This document shows positions 13,113-26,963 of a stretch of DNA of 64,000 nt, piece after piece. The notes below the pieces were generated by a model that ran no database searches, was not told the DNA's origin, and was given only the letters and a program-made list of their open reading frames with translations. The position numbers and the translations under genes are program-made. How positions within the stretch are numbered: position 1 is the stretch's first letter; the number at the start of each line of letters is the position of its first letter. This DNA is from Eukaryota sp. GEM-RC1 (lineage: Eukaryota): NCBI GenBank assembly GCA_040285855.1, contig JAUFOQ010000016.1, forward strand, positions 558,001-622,000, given 5' to 3'.

Positions 13113-13679
13113 ATAGAAACATTTGCTATCTGAGTTGCTTCTTTGTTATTAGAAAGACAGTGCTGTTGTCACTGTTTCTAAACTTGTCTTAAAACGGCAT
13201 CAATAACTATTGGCCCACTGAAACAAAGTAATCCCTCGAATCTAACCCCCAAACTGACTAACTTTAGGATGATTGATCCTGTAAATGATTCAATGATTGG
13301 CATTAATTGATTGTTTTAATAAGCAAGTGACTTTCAATGATCCTGATTATGAAAAACTTTCGTTGGAACAACTAGTTCTAAGTGAAATCTGATCTACTTT
13401 GAAGATAGTTTTATCAAAGATAGACGTATCACTTTCTGTACGAAAGTTATTTTTAAATATTTCAATAATTAACAATAACTTAAATTTTGAAGTCCCCAAT
13501 GGGGAAATTTGCTTTCACCATCGAATAGTACTAAGTAATAACCAAGTATTAAAATACAGTTATTTCCTTCTTCTTCAACACGTTTCTTCAATAAACCAAG
13601 GTCTTTCAACAGGTCTCCTCTTAAACATAAATGCAGTAGAAAAAAGGTTTTCATGTTGGGATTTGTCAAAAATAGAATC

Positions 13680-14075
13680 ACTAGGGAGGAGGAGAATACT
13701 TCAAGAACTATAGTACAAGAGCGCGTGATCTTAGGGAAAGGTATGTGAATCGATCCTGAACGACAAAGTAGAGATCACGACGAGATCGAAGGACAAATGG
13801 TTGATTGCGTGATATCAATCGAGGTGATTAGACGTGGAGATCGTAGTAGCAGAGAAAAGGGTGATGGCATTAAGAGAGGCGGAGGAAAAGTAAGATAGGA
13901 CAGAAGTAAAGCCGTGGCTTACTTGAGTACAGTACTCGAAAACAGGATAAAGTGGACGGTCCCCTTACCACGATGATCTGAAAAGACTTTTGTTATAGAG
14001 AGAGGAACTTCTAAAATTAGGAAAAGGTCAAAAAGAAATGTCACAAAACGTCATCAACAACTTCTGATATAGAAG
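13680..14075 (-). repeat. Diverged repeat, inverted copy of 6790-7190
   Basis: See 6790-7190. Confidence 0.8.
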
Positions 14076-14389
14076 CGTCAGTGCTGTCCATTATTGACAA
14101 GACTCACGACTACTCTTGACAATAAGTCAACTTCTGTCGAATGAAGATCCTTATCTTGAATCCAAACCCCAATTTCGATGAGAGTTCTGCCATCCTCAAG
14201 AATACAACCCAGCTTCTCAAAGATCTCTCCTTTCTCACTGACAATCTCTTCTTTTATCTAAATCTTTTTTCGTGCTTGCTGTTTGGAAGTCAAGATATCT
14301 TCTTTAATGGAACCGGTGTGTAGAACGAGCTTTTGTTTTCAGTATCTGAGTTCAAGAACGCGAGTTTTCATATATACATCCCCTTTATT

Positions 14390-15100
14390 AAAAACATTAA
14401 AATAAACACAAATACTAGAATTCAATATCATTAAAGCAACAATCATTGCCATTAAAACTCACATCAGCTTTTTCTTCATAAAAAACACTGAGAGCTAATA
14501 GAGCTTTTGAAATCATGATAGGAATTGTTTTAAATATTGTAAAAACAATACGATTCAACCAAAATTTGAAATCAAATTTCTTGTTCATTCTTTTTTGACC
14601 ACTTTCTCAAAATCAGAGAGAAAACAAAGAGCATCTCTACCAAGTCGACCATAAATTGAAATTGCAAAAGGACATAATTTGTACTCAACATGTCTAATAT
14701 GTTTGAGAGCAGTCAGTGGTTCATCATATTTGTTTCTCTTGTATTGTTCTGAAGAATTCAGTGGCGAAACTTCAGTTTTAGCATCCTTGAATGCACTTTT
14801 TTTGCAAACATCCACAGTAATCACATCAACAACGGTTAGTTCATCATTAACTGATGGAACTATAACATCAGCTCTTCGTTTACCAAAAGTCTTATCAGAA
14901 TCACTATTTTTTGAATTATTGATTTCCAGTGATCTCAACAGTGGCTCAACGAAAGATTCGATTTTGTAGGACTTACACATTGCATGAATTTGATCTCTAA
15001 CAGCATCATGAATACAAGTTCTATAAGTAATGAAACGATTGCAACTCAAAAGGTGAGAAAAAGTAACTAATTTACCACATTTGCATTGAAGCGAGTTTTC
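14390..15100 (-). mobile_element. 5'-truncated non-LTR retrotransposon, C-terminal zinc finger plus restriction-like endonuclease (CRE/NeSL type)
   Basis: CKCG...HLLSC...HDAVRD...EP...RADV...VVDV...E.YKRNKY...PFAISIYGRLG. Confidence 0.85.
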
Positions 15101-15771
15101 AATCTTGTACTCTTATCTTGTTCTTGAAACCGAACACGTAACATGTATAGGTCAACATACGATCATTCTGTCTGTTTTTTGAGTTTGTTGATCACTTCAA
15201 TAACTCATTACGTGAGAGCCAAAATCAATCAAAATCAATTATTGATTGGAAGTAAAAACTTTCAGAAAAGAGATTAATGTATATGAATATGATGTAGTTA
15301 TTCTGTTTTTCTGAAACACAAAAGCATTTACTTTGGGTAGTTTTTTGTTAGTCTCTGATGGCTGAATAACAACATGAAATTGATCTTCAATTTGAGGAAA
15401 TCCGGGTTTTCACCTTGACAATCTAGTGAAATCATTTTTGTAGAATTTGATACGCTGTATTAAATCTTCATCAGAATCACCATCCTATTTACTTCCTCTT
15501 TATATTTAGAGCTGTGTACTACTCGACTGGACTCAACTTGAAATTCATTTGAGTCGACTCGACTTGACTCACGAGCGGAGTCGGTTGTCTGGTCTATATT
15601 TGTTGCATATTTTTTAATTTTAGATGTATCTGTTTTTTAGATATGACAGTTTGGGTTCAACTCGAATTGTGACAATAGACCCATCCAAGGCTTTACTAAT
15701 TACTGTGTATACATTCGGTACAAATTAGTTTATACAATAGTTCATACAAAATTCACAATACAAAGAACAAT

Positions 15772-17162
15772 TTAAAACTTAACAGATCTAGCACCACCAC
15801 AGAAAGCTTCCACCTCCTCAACAGACTTGGGGATGTCCTTAGTCAAGTTCTCATAACCAGAACTAGTGATAACAAGATCATCTTCCAACCGTACACCTCC
15901 AATATGGTAATACTCATCAATCTTATCCTTGTTAAGATACTGAGCAACTTCAGAATTACCAAAGGCATCTGCTAAGAAAGCATCAATGAAGTAGAACCCA
16001 GCTTCAATGGTGATGGCCATTCCAGGGGCTAAATCTCTACGTAATCTGAGGTTACGGATACCAGGTTCATCGATACGTTCTACTCCAGAGGGATAACCCC
16101 GCTTATCATGAACATCGAGACCAATCCTGTGGTTAGAACAAGTAAACAACAACATACAAATGACCTAATCCATGTACAAAGAAGTAGTTAGGTACATGAG
16201 CCTTCAGTAAATCCTCAACATCTCCATGAGCAAGTCCCAACTCCACCATTCTCTCGGCACACTTCCTCTCAGCAGCTCTGTGAAGGAGCTCGTAGGGAAC
16301 ACCGGGCTTACACAACTCAAAGGCAGCTTCGTTCATATCGTAAACCATTTGGACAATGTCCTTTTGATACTTGGTGAAGGTACCATTAGCAGGGAAGACA
16401 CGGGTGACGTCAGCAGCGTAGAGGTTAGGGGTTTCAGCTCCAGCATCTAGGAGAACCATGTCATCAGGACCAATGGTGGCGTTGTTGTTGACGTAGTGGA
16501 GAGTAGAAGAGTTTCTTCCAGTAGCAGCAATGGGCATGAATGAAGGGTTCTTACATCCTTCGCTCATGATTGCACCTTCAAAGATGGCGTGGACGTTGTA
16601 TTCCTTCATTCCTGGACGGACAAGGGCCATGACGTTACGGAAGGCGTTGTTGGTGATATCAGCAGCCTTGCGCATTTCTTCGATTTCAAAAGGCTTCTTG
16701 ATCACACGTTGCTCTTCAATGACCTCTTGTAGAGTACTGCTGTCGACATCGTACTCATCGAGAAGGTTCATTGGGAAGAGTAGGGGGTATACGTACATCT
16801 TCTCTTGAGAGAGGGAAGCTAGAACAGAGGGGGAGATCCTTTTCATCAAGAACCTCGTCTGCTTGATATCGCTCCTTGAGTTCATCGAAGGAAGGAATTT
16901 TGCCCATCCACATTTCAAGAGATTTAGGTAGTTCAGGGGTGAAGATGATGTACTTGTTGTGGGTAACATCGATGAGAGCAGTGCAATCAGGTTCATTGAT
17001 TCCTGTCACATAGAAAAAGTTGGATTCCGATCGATGTGGTTCGTCACGATCTGTGTCATGGCGAGCTTTGGCTTTACCACCAGCAAGAAGAAGGACACCA
17101 GAATCAAAATGAGACATTACATCAGCTCTGTTTTGAGCAGCATATTCAATAAAAGAAGACAT
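15772..17162 (-). CDS. PEPD: Xaa-Pro dipeptidase (prolidase, M24B); intron 16127-16157; frameshift near 16830
   Basis: ESNFFYVTG, LHY, DAG...YAADVTR, HGLGH|IGLDVHD, TIEAG, GGVRLEDD motifs. Confidence 0.93.
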
Positions 17163-17255
17163 GGGAGTGGGAAATTTTGGTTTGTCTCTTACTTCCTTTT
17201 GTGTTGGAGGATTTGTTAAGAAAACCTCTTCTTCTTACAAACCTTCGATATCTCA

Positions 17256-18493
17256 ATGCTAAAACATCTTATAGTATCACTTCTGGGTAGCTCTCAGCTA
17301 TCAATACCCCCACTTCCCTCCAATCCGCACATCAGATTACTGTTATTACTGGCTTTTGTCATTTACGGAGTGATTGTAATTGCTCTGGTTTGTGAACATT
17401 ATTTCATGGAGTCAATTACAGTCATGATTGCTCGTTACAAAGTCAATGATGACATCGCTGGTGCCATCTTTCTTGCAATAGGATCATCGGTACCAGAACT
17501 CTTCGCATCACTTATAGCACTATTCATTGACCACAATGATGTTGGTCTCAGCAACATTGTTGGTTCAACTGTTTTCAACATACTGGTAACTCTTGGTGTT
17601 GCCTGTCTCTTCATCAAATCTCCTCTTCTTCTTGACTTCCGTGTTGTCATTCGTGAAGTGTTATTCTTTTTAGTCTCTTCTTGTCTTCTAATATGGGCTT
17701 TATACGATAGTACTGTTACTAGACTTAATTCTAGTGTTTTTATATTGTTTTATGCCCTGTTTGTCACTGCTTTGTTGAGTTCAAAGAAATACTTTCCATT
17801 AATGGAAAAGTTCATGCATCGTAAATCTCAATCAGTTTTACGACCTCTTCGTGAACACGTGATTCCTATGACTTCCGAAGACCACGGTGAAAGTCATGAC
17901 AGTTCCGGTCATAAAGGTCTTTTCACTATACCTAAAGGATTGTTCCAAAAGATGTGGTGGTCAGTATGTTTACCAATCAACATGATTTTGAAAATTTTAA
18001 TTATTCCATGCTCAACTGAAAAAACTCGTAAATTCTACTTCTTTACTTTCATTAATGCTATCATTGTCATTGGCGTCCTTGAGTTCTTCGTTGTAGAAGC
18101 AGTAGAACTCATTGGAGAAGAACTCAACTTCAATGACGAGTTGACAGGTCTCCTACTCTTAGCTCCTTTCTCCTGTCTTCCCGAGGTTCTAACTTCAATT
18201 GCGGTGGCTAGGAGGGGTATGGGTAACGCTTTGATTAGTAACGTGATGGGAAGCAATCTTTTGATATTCTGATTGCTACAGGATTACCTTGGTTTATCTA
18301 CACGTTCTTCTATCCCAATCAGACCTTAGTGATTCATGTGGAAAAGATTGTGTTTGATGGGATTCTGTTGGTGACGATTACAATGATTGCTTTTATTACG
18401 ATTGCGTTGTCGAGGTTTAAGTTGTCGAAGTCTGTTGGAGTTGTTTTCCTGAGTTGTTATGTCTTTTTTGTGGTTTTTAGTTTAGTGTTTTAG
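17256..18493 (+). CDS. K+-dependent Na+/Ca2+ exchanger (NCKX/SLC24-like); frameshift near 18260
   Basis: alpha-1 repeat AGAIFLAIGSSVPELF, IVGSTVFN; alpha-2 repeat SCLPE..TS, GSNL(F)DIL; shifted frame continues to TAG at 18493. Confidence 0.9.
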
Positions 18494-19099
18494 TTTTCAA
18501 ACCCTTCAAATTTATTATCATTCTTTTAGAATGTTTCATTGTTATCAATATACCCATTTAGAGTATTTGACTTGGAGTTTTGATATCGAAATCAACAATC
18601 TAAAATGAATTGTTACTTCCGACTTTTCCTTTGAAACAATATTCATTTACTCTACAAGGTCAACATGATATAAACTTTTACACAGAAAAGTCATATACCC
18701 GTTTGGTTTAGTCTTAGTTTACAAATTCATATTTTTGTTGGAAGGTTACCTTTTGAGTACAGAATAACGTTTGTTTTATAGTTAGCTGAAGTAAATGAGC
18801 AACTGGTACACGACGTAATCATCACGTTGAATAATTCGAAATTTTCAAGAAGTGGTATGATGACAAAATTTTTGGTTTTGTGACCAGTTCTCAGAACAAA
18901 TTGTTGTTGATGTTGTGTGTGTACAGTTTCTTTCTTTACTGCAATTGATAAGAGAGCTATGAAAATTGTACCAGAAAGGCTCTTCGTACATAGATCTTTT
19001 TGAAACGAAAACTACTATATTAATAAAACCACCGCTTTTGAGAAAATTCAACACTGTACCTACTTGCTGTATGAGCATACCATTTTTATGGAAATTTGG

Positions 19100-19186
19100 G
19101 CAGTTGTTGGGATATAAACTCGCATTTCTATAACTCGAACAAAAATTTCGATCCCGAGCTGTTCGAAAACGACAGAGTTGACTGTA
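19100..19186 (-). mobile_element. Isolated pogo/Tigger-like terminus
   Basis: Reverse complement begins TA-CAGTCAACTC with TTCGA repeats; no partner end found. Confidence 0.4.
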
Positions 19187-19349
19187 CGTCTTTCAAGACC
19201 CAGATCTCAAATTTCAATTTAATTACACTCTATTGTTGTGATGAAATCTAAGACTCGACAGTAAATGAGATTACAGTAGAGAAGTCGACACTGTAAAGGG
19301 TTTACAGCGAAAATGAAAACTGCAAACAGACGACAACATAGTATTTCTT

Positions 19350-21948
19350 ATGTCTTCTGAGCTGGATGTCCATTACATCATCAACTATGTTGAACAATGG
19401 GATGACTTTGTCAATGCTCTTAAGGAGGTCACATCCTGTTTTGAGTTGTACACGAGCGTTTACGTTCGACAGAAGATACCGGAGATTGCCTCGTTCTTGA
19501 CGGCTTCAAGTGCATATCAAGCATTTATGAACACAAACATTAACTTCTTTATTGAAGTGGAAGTCCTTGATGATGAGATTCAAGTCAAGATTCTTGATAC
19601 TGAACATAGTCGGACCTTCACCATCCACATCCACAAGCCTGATCTTACCGAGGTTCAACAAAGTCTAGATCCACTTATCTCCTATCCTTATGGTTCAACT
19701 GACATCATGGTCGCATTTACTAAGGAAGTTGCCGCTCTATTACATAACAGCAAGCTAATGAAGCGCTACCACTCTCCAGTTTTGTCAGTCGTCAACTCCA
19801 CTGGATTGGGAAAGAGCCGATTATTGCTGGAGTACACCAACAATTCTACAAATACATCAGATCTGCGTTGTAGATATGCTAGCTTTCCACGCTATTCATC
19901 TTCTGCCAAAAAAGAAATGCCCTCAGTACCCCCGAGTTCCCATGCTGTGCTTCAGTTCTTTACAAGATGTACGTCACTTGCTACATCCCCGCTTCATTTG
20001 AGAGAGCAACGTATTGAGCTGGTTGTTAGAAACATACAGTGTCTTGTAGTTGCATTGCTGTTAGCTGATGATGTTCCAAAGAATCTTCAGTCATCCAGTG
20101 TATCAGATTGGCAAGGTTTCCATAACAAGTGGGTACAGAAAGCTGAAGACCTATACAATGCTGTTAAAGGAATCCAAAAATTACAAGACTTTACAGATTT
20201 ACTGATACAAGAACTACTCTCAGGGGTTCAGAAAGGAACAAAAAGATTCGTCGCTTGCCTTGACGAAGTAGGAACCCTCTTGTCTTATGACGGAGTCGAT
20301 CACTTCCTTAATTCTGGAGATATTGTGACCTTAAATGATATTGGAGTGCACCCATGGAATCTGTACCGATGCTTAAGATACGCTGCTCGAAACCTACACA
20401 TACGGTTAAATGTTAAGAAATGTAGACTTCTTGTTGTCGTGGCAGGAACTCATTCTGGTCTTCAATCACTAGTTCATGATCCTGTTACTGTTCTTAGCTA
20501 CATCCTGCTACCATCATCCAAATTCAACGTTCTGCAACTACAATCTGCAAAAACCATTCACCCATTTGTAAATGTATATCAGCAGTTAGATATCCGAGCT
20601 TTGCTGAGTCACGATAGTTCTGTAGACTTCTACGAAAACTATATTTCTCCATTGTTGAGTTACCGGAATGCACTTTCCCGTCGTCCTTGCTGGTTGTCCA
20701 TCGCAAAACCCTTAATATCGGAGTCTGGCCTCTCGAACGACTTCTTTGTCGCCGTCGACCACAAGATTGACTTTTGTCTGACAGAGCATGCTGAAGGTGA
20801 AGGTGAGTATTCTCTTCTTGAAGCATGTGTACTAACTCTCTGCTTCTTTGGTTCTTCTCTCCAAAGCCCCATTATTTCCCACTTGATCAAGTTTTCCTTC
20901 CCCGTGTTACAGCAGTCAATAGTATCTCATGGTCTTCATCAGTTTTGTAGCTTCTCTGTCGACCCAATTTTGACGTCATCACTATGGAAGAGAGTGGTAA
21001 GTTTGACAATTTTCGATCTTGACAGGATTATCAGTGATCTCATTGGATTGATGCTTGGCAGTGGCTTGGATGTCAATCTCTTAGGTGAACGACTGGAACT
21101 GATTGTCTTTACAATTTTCAATTCTATTATGAGGAAATGCATTACTTCACCCACTGATACTACAGTGTCAAACCTGGAGTTCTGCTCTTTGTATGATGTG
21201 TTTTCAAAGAAGTGGGATCGCAACGATTTAGTTCCCCCCTGGTACAAGTGATGAACCACAAGACCCAAGCAGTTCTTATGTCTTTCAATATTGTCCCAAA
21301 TTTGAAGCTAAAGCTGGGACTGGAAAAGTAGATCTTCGTGAATGGTATGTTTCTATTCTTCAACCTGTTACTCTTCGTACGTTGAACGTCACTCGGATCA
21401 AGGATGGACAACCACATGTCATTGAAAGAATGTTGCTGTTTGGACTTGTTTACAGAGTCGCGTTTCAGATGCCTCGTGCAAATCCTTCGTTTGATTTCCT
21501 TGTTCCAATTGTTAAACGTCAAGAACGTGGTTTTCCTAGTGTTGCTGATGTATGTACCGCTATTAGTAATAACAGAGGTGGCGATTATCTTGGTATATTG
21601 AAAATCCAGATCAAAACTGGTCAAACTACACTTTCTGATTTGAAAGATTGTTGTGATGAATTGATTAAGAGTTACACTCAAATGTCTCTCTTAGTTACCT
21701 TAACTAAAAGGATTGATATTGTACTACCAGAAACTCCACTGGTCGACAAGTATAAAAGTGGATGGGTGTTGAACTTGAAAGACCTCGTTCCAAACTCAGC
21801 CACAGCTCTATACGAATGGAAAAAGGTCGAGCAGATCTCCAACGTAAACTTTCATGTTTATGTAGATAAAGACAAACAGTATTGTTGGAGTCAAGACGAA
21901 AAGGTTGAAGGGGATTGTACCAGTGATGAAACCACATCAAGTACCTAG
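19350..21948 (+). CDS. P-loop NTPase fused to a C-terminal PD-(D/E)xK-like nuclease (Crinkler/CR-effector type); frameshift near 21236
   Basis: Walker A NSTGLGKSR, Walker B FVACLDE; C-terminal NPSFDFLVP...IQIK; shifting at the C6 run opens a frame joining the 21382 ORF. Confidence 0.7.
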
Positions 21949-22292
21949 ATAGTACGCTATAACCAATAAAGATCCCATAATAGAATAGGAAAGTCAATTG
22001 TTAGAAGTAAAACACAATGTTTACATACAGTCTACTAGTAAAGACGCAAACAGAATTAACAATACTATTCCATGACATGGTCTTGAACCCCAAAGAGTTT
22101 CTTCAAAATTCCGTCGAAATTCTGAAACACTGAGCGAAATATAGAAAAACGAGACGATCCCTCCAATAACTAATGTTGAACTTCTTGCCAAATTCACAAC
22201 ACAATTGATTAAAAGATGGCAAAAACGTCTGAGCTGCAGAATCCAAATTCGCATAAATTGAAATATCGAATGGTTGAAACCATACTTTTCAA

Positions 22293-22920
22293 TTACTGGG
22301 TTGTTGGATCAGGAATTCCTAGAACTCCTACAATTACGAATACTGCATTAATTCCTGGAATTCTCAGAGTTACGTTACTGCAGTAATTCGTACAATTAAC
22401 AGAGATTTTCTGTGAAAAGGCGAACTTTCGAATCTGATTTCTATTCACACGATTTCTGCAAAGTGACAGAACAAACCATATGCATGTGGAAATCCCTCTC
22501 AAATATGTAGCACAAGTTCAAAATTTTGGTTCAGTACTTCGACTGCAAAATGTGTTAATTTTATACCCAAATACTCAATGTTGATAACACTTTTATGTTT
22601 AACACAATATAAATTTAAATAAATGTTCTTGGAAAATGTACTTTCGATGTTGTTTCGTTCAAAAACATAAATTGATGTAAAAATTGTGAAGTGTCGGTCT
22701 CAAATGGTCTTTTGGTTCTAACCAGCGAAGACTACATACAACAAGACCGTAGGCATGACCTTGACTTGATCCACTTTGTTGAGTTTTGCACAGGTAATTG
22801 AAGATTTTTTTGTTTAAGGAATTCCTCGAATTCCAGTAATTCTGGCGTTATAAAATTGGCCTTCAGGAATTCCAGGAATTGCTACAATTACGTTTACTGG
22901 AAATTAGTACAAAGTAGTGT
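22293..22920. repeat. Degenerate transposon-like element with GGAATTCC-rich ends
   Basis: Imperfect direct repeat TCAGGAATTCC.......CTACAATTACG at about 22309 and 22863; related motifs near 63900-63950. Confidence 0.45.
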
Positions 22921-23005
22921 AATTGAAAACTGTTAAACGCGTCATGGTCTAGGTGTTGAGAATTTTCTAACACCGAATCAAACAACAGTTCAGAAATCCT
23001 TCCTC

Positions 23006-24318
23006 ATGTCTCAGCCTGATGCATTTGCCAGACTTTCGGAACTTCTTGATGGTGAAGATCTTTCGCAAACACCTTCCGAATTTCTTCTCCAACGTCGCGA
23101 CGCTTTCCGTTCAGAAATCATGGTCTTCAAAACTATGATCGATCAATTACGTGCTGACATGGCAAACATGGACAGCATCATCAACGAGAATACAGACAAA
23201 CTCAAAGTAAACCGATCACTCCCTTTTCTTGTTGGTAACGTTGGTGAAATCCTTGATCTCGATCTCGAAGAAGAGGAAGAAGCCGAAGGAGAAGCCGTTG
23301 ACATCACTTCCCAAAAATCAAAGACGGTCATTGTCAAGACTTCTACTCGACAAAACGTCTTCCTTCCCATGCCAGGCTTTGTCTCCGTCTCTCGTATCAG
23401 CCCAGGTGACCTTGTGGCTCTCAACAGAGACTCCTACCTAATCCTTGATACTCTCCCCCCAGAATATGATCATCGCATCAAAGCTATGGAAGTTGATGAA
23501 AAACCTACAGAATCCTTTGCTGACATTGGAGGTCTTGACAAACAATTAGAAGAACTAATGGAAGCCGTCGTTCTACCCATGGAACACGGTGATAAGTTCA
23601 TCAAGATTGGAATACAACCACCGAAAGGAGTTCTCTTGTACGGTGCTCCTGGTACTGGTAAGACTCTAATGGCCAAAGCTACAGCAGCACATGTTAATGC
23701 CACATTTTTAAAGATCGCTGCCCCACAGTTGGTACAAATGTACATTGGAGATGGTGCTAGGATGATCAGGGATGCCTTTGCCTTGGCCAAGGAGAAGAAA
23801 CCTGCAGTGATCTTCATTGATGAGCTTGATGCCATTGGTCAGAAGAGATCTGGAGGTGATAAAGGAGGAGACAAAGAAGTACAGAGGACAATGCTGGAGC
23901 TCCTGAATCAACTAGATGGTTTCACTGCAAATGAGGATGTCAAGGTCATTGCTGCCACTAATCGTGTTGATATTCTTGACCCTGCACTGCTCCGATCTGG
24001 TCGTTTAGATCGAAAGATTGAGCTACCGTTACCTGATTTGGAGTCAAGGATCAGAATTTTAAATATTCACTCACGGAAAATGAATGTTAGTAGTAAAGTG
24101 TCGTATAGAGAGCTTTTCTAGGGCAACTGAGGACTTTAATGGAGCTCAGTTGAAGGCTGTGTGTGTGGAGGCAGGAATGTTGGCTTTAAGGGTTTGTTAA
24201 TATTTTAAATTTTGATTAATTTCAGCGTGATGCAAAGGAAATCATACATGAAGATTTTGTGGATGGAATAACTGCTGTACAGGCTAAGAAGAAGGCAAAG
24301 ATTAAGTATTATGCATAA
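23006..24318 (+). CDS. RPT5: 26S proteasome AAA-ATPase Rpt5; frameshift near 24115; intron 24192-24225
   Basis: [45 protein letters not shown]-terminal YYA HbYX motif after splicing. Confidence 0.97.
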
Positions 24319-25162
24319 GTTTTGTGGAACTTCAATAAACAGATCTATCGATTTGACTTTTGGAACGTTTATGTTACTCTACTTGTAAATAGTTAGCAAC
24401 TTTACGGCTTATAACATTTTGTCAAGAAGTTCTAGATTTTAATTCTGTTCATATTTGATTTATCACTTGAATTGTCTAGCTCTAGTTCAAAAGAAATACA
24501 GCATAAATGTCATCAACACGGACCACCTGTGTTCTTTGTGGGAATTTTTTACCATTATCTCAGTAAGAAAGTTTTTTCGTTTGATAATTTGTTTTAATAG
24601 TGTTTATCTATTTGTACTTAACTTATTATGTGTTTTTCTCCGCACATAAATCCGTTTTTTATTTGTTAATAGTTGTTTTTTACAGCAATAATTTGATTTT
24701 ACTACTGTGTTTAGATTCCATTCAGAACTACTGGTAGTTCGTATTCGAGAATCAAAAGACATGTGCTATGACACGACATCTTTAATAGTGGATGTCAAAA
24801 CCGACTGAAGACGATTCTTGGATATGGTTATTGAGAATTGATCAACTCAATGACATCTGACCACCAAAACGCATCATTTAACCTTGCGACTGTGATTGTG
24901 ATTTGTATTTATTATTTGATTCTAATATAATACAAACAACTACAATAGAATGCAGAGTAGCCGTTTCATGCTCGAGGTAACAACTCAAGTATAATTGTAT
25001 ATAAATCAAAACCACAGCATAATCAAATTGTCCGTCTTATTATGCCCCACAGTCAACTAACACTGTGTTAAATGTTAAGCTAGCTCATCAGTTTCCAAAT
25101 ACGGAGTAGAGTTCGTTTTAAGGAAGATTACACCAAAAGATAAGATCTACCAACCTTTCTCA

Positions 25163-26271
25163 ATGTCTGAGAAATTCCCGCTTCTTCGACGTTCTTCTAT
25201 CACAGAATCTCTATTTGGACCGGCTGGAATTGACTTTACAGAAACAAAATCTCCAGATCGTCTAGAAGACCAACAGTGCTTCTTCGAAGTAATGGACATG
25301 TCTGCAACGAGACTAGAGTATTACAAAGTGTCAAATCCTGATCAATTTCTTGACCAACCAATTCCTGATTGGGTTTCCGTCCGCTGGATTGGAATTGTTG
25401 GTATCTACGAACCTGTCCTTCATGCCCTAGCTAGACACTACGGAATTCATCCTCTAACAGTTGAAGACATAATTCTACTTGAAGGACGAAGTAAAGTCGA
25501 TATTTACGATCATTTGAATTATTCTTTTATTTCACTTGAACTAATTACTGATTTAGAACCTCAACAATTGGCCTTTATTTTGATTGGGAATAAGATCTTG
25601 ATTTCTGTTATTGAGACTGATCCAACAATATTTGCTCCTCTTAGACGAAGACTCCGTTATACTAAGTCCAAGGAACGTGCAGAAGATGCATCCTTCTTGC
25701 TATACTCTCTTCTGGATCTGGTCGTGGATAAATCTTTTCCTTTTGTTAACTCCATTCTTGATGAAGTGGACAATCTTGATAGGAGACTTCTGACAGAAGT
25801 AGATGAGGAGGTAGCAGATAGTGCTCGGCACTACCGACAAATGGCTAGTAAGTTGCGTAGACACTTCTGGTCAACAAAGGAGGTCATCAATATCCTACTG
25901 TCAGCATCTACCATGAGTGACAATACCAAGATATACTTAGCTGATGTGTTGGACCACGTTCTTCACTTGGAGAACCAGTGTGAGGTCATTAGGGAAGTGA
26001 CTACGAGTGTTTCTGAGAGATATCACAATGCTATCAGTTTGCAGGTATGAAGTGAACAAAGATCTAACTGCAGGTTAACCACGTCATGAAGACACTGTCT
26101 CTCATTAGTCAGATCTTTTTACCTTTGACTTTTTTGTCTTCAGTGTATGGAATGAACTTCAGAGTTTTACCAGGAAGTCAGAACCCTTATGCATTTGAAT
26201 TATTCTGGATTTTTTGTCTTACTGTAGTTCTTGTTTCGGTATGGTATTTTCGTAGGAAACGATGGATGTAA
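25163..26271 (+). CDS. corA: CorA-family Mg2+/Co2+ transporter; intron 26045-26073
   Basis: GIHPLTVEDI, YLADVLDH, MKTLS...FLPLTFLSSVYGMNF signature; splicing joins the two ORFs in frame. Confidence 0.93.
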
Positions 26272-26963
26272 CATATATTTGTGTTAAACGTCACTATTTT
26301 GAGTGTTTGTTGAATGATTACTCTCTTCAAAACACACCTGATAAATACAAAACATTCAAGCAAACACTGCAACAACGACGTTGCAATTTCGAATCAAAAT
26401 GAAGTAGTGACAAGTAGTAGAGAGAAGAGAAGATAAGTAGCTACATGTATTTGGAGTAAGAAATCGAGGATTGACGTTTGAGTTAAGATATTTCATACAA
26501 TTGCATTTTCATTTATTTTCCTTCATTGTTATTGAGTTACTAGTTTTAGAAAAACATATACTGTAGATGTATGATTGCACAAAAAGACGCAAAATAGGGA
26601 TTAGAAGATTGCAGTCTATGTGATACACAGTACATAAAGTACAAAATATACACAACAAATATAACATACAGACAACGATTTGATACAATGCAAAATTTGC
26701 AACAAGACTGTCTTTTTTCGATTGGTTTCAAAGATTTAACGCATCACAAGGTGTTAAATGTTCTCAATTTCTATTTTCACACTTTCATCATTGTAGATTT
26801 TGTTCACCCTATCTATTTTCAAGTCAAACATTCAAACATTTAAGAATCGGAAGTGTTTAGGTGTCCATATTAACTGCACTGAACATATCCAAAATTTGAA
26901 TTGGTTTGAGAAATTCAAAATTTGGAAAATCTTAATTTCCATTCTTGTACTAGCAGCAAACAG

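Noticed and set aside
23143..23911. Antisense ORFs over Rpt5 (and similar ones over PEPD, gag and WDR7-like)
   Set aside because: Shadow frames of real genes with no independent motifs
16800..24130. Euplotes-style programmed frameshifting or stop-codon reassignment
   Set aside because: Shifts occur in both directions with no common slippery-stop motif; TAA, TAG and TGA all end genes
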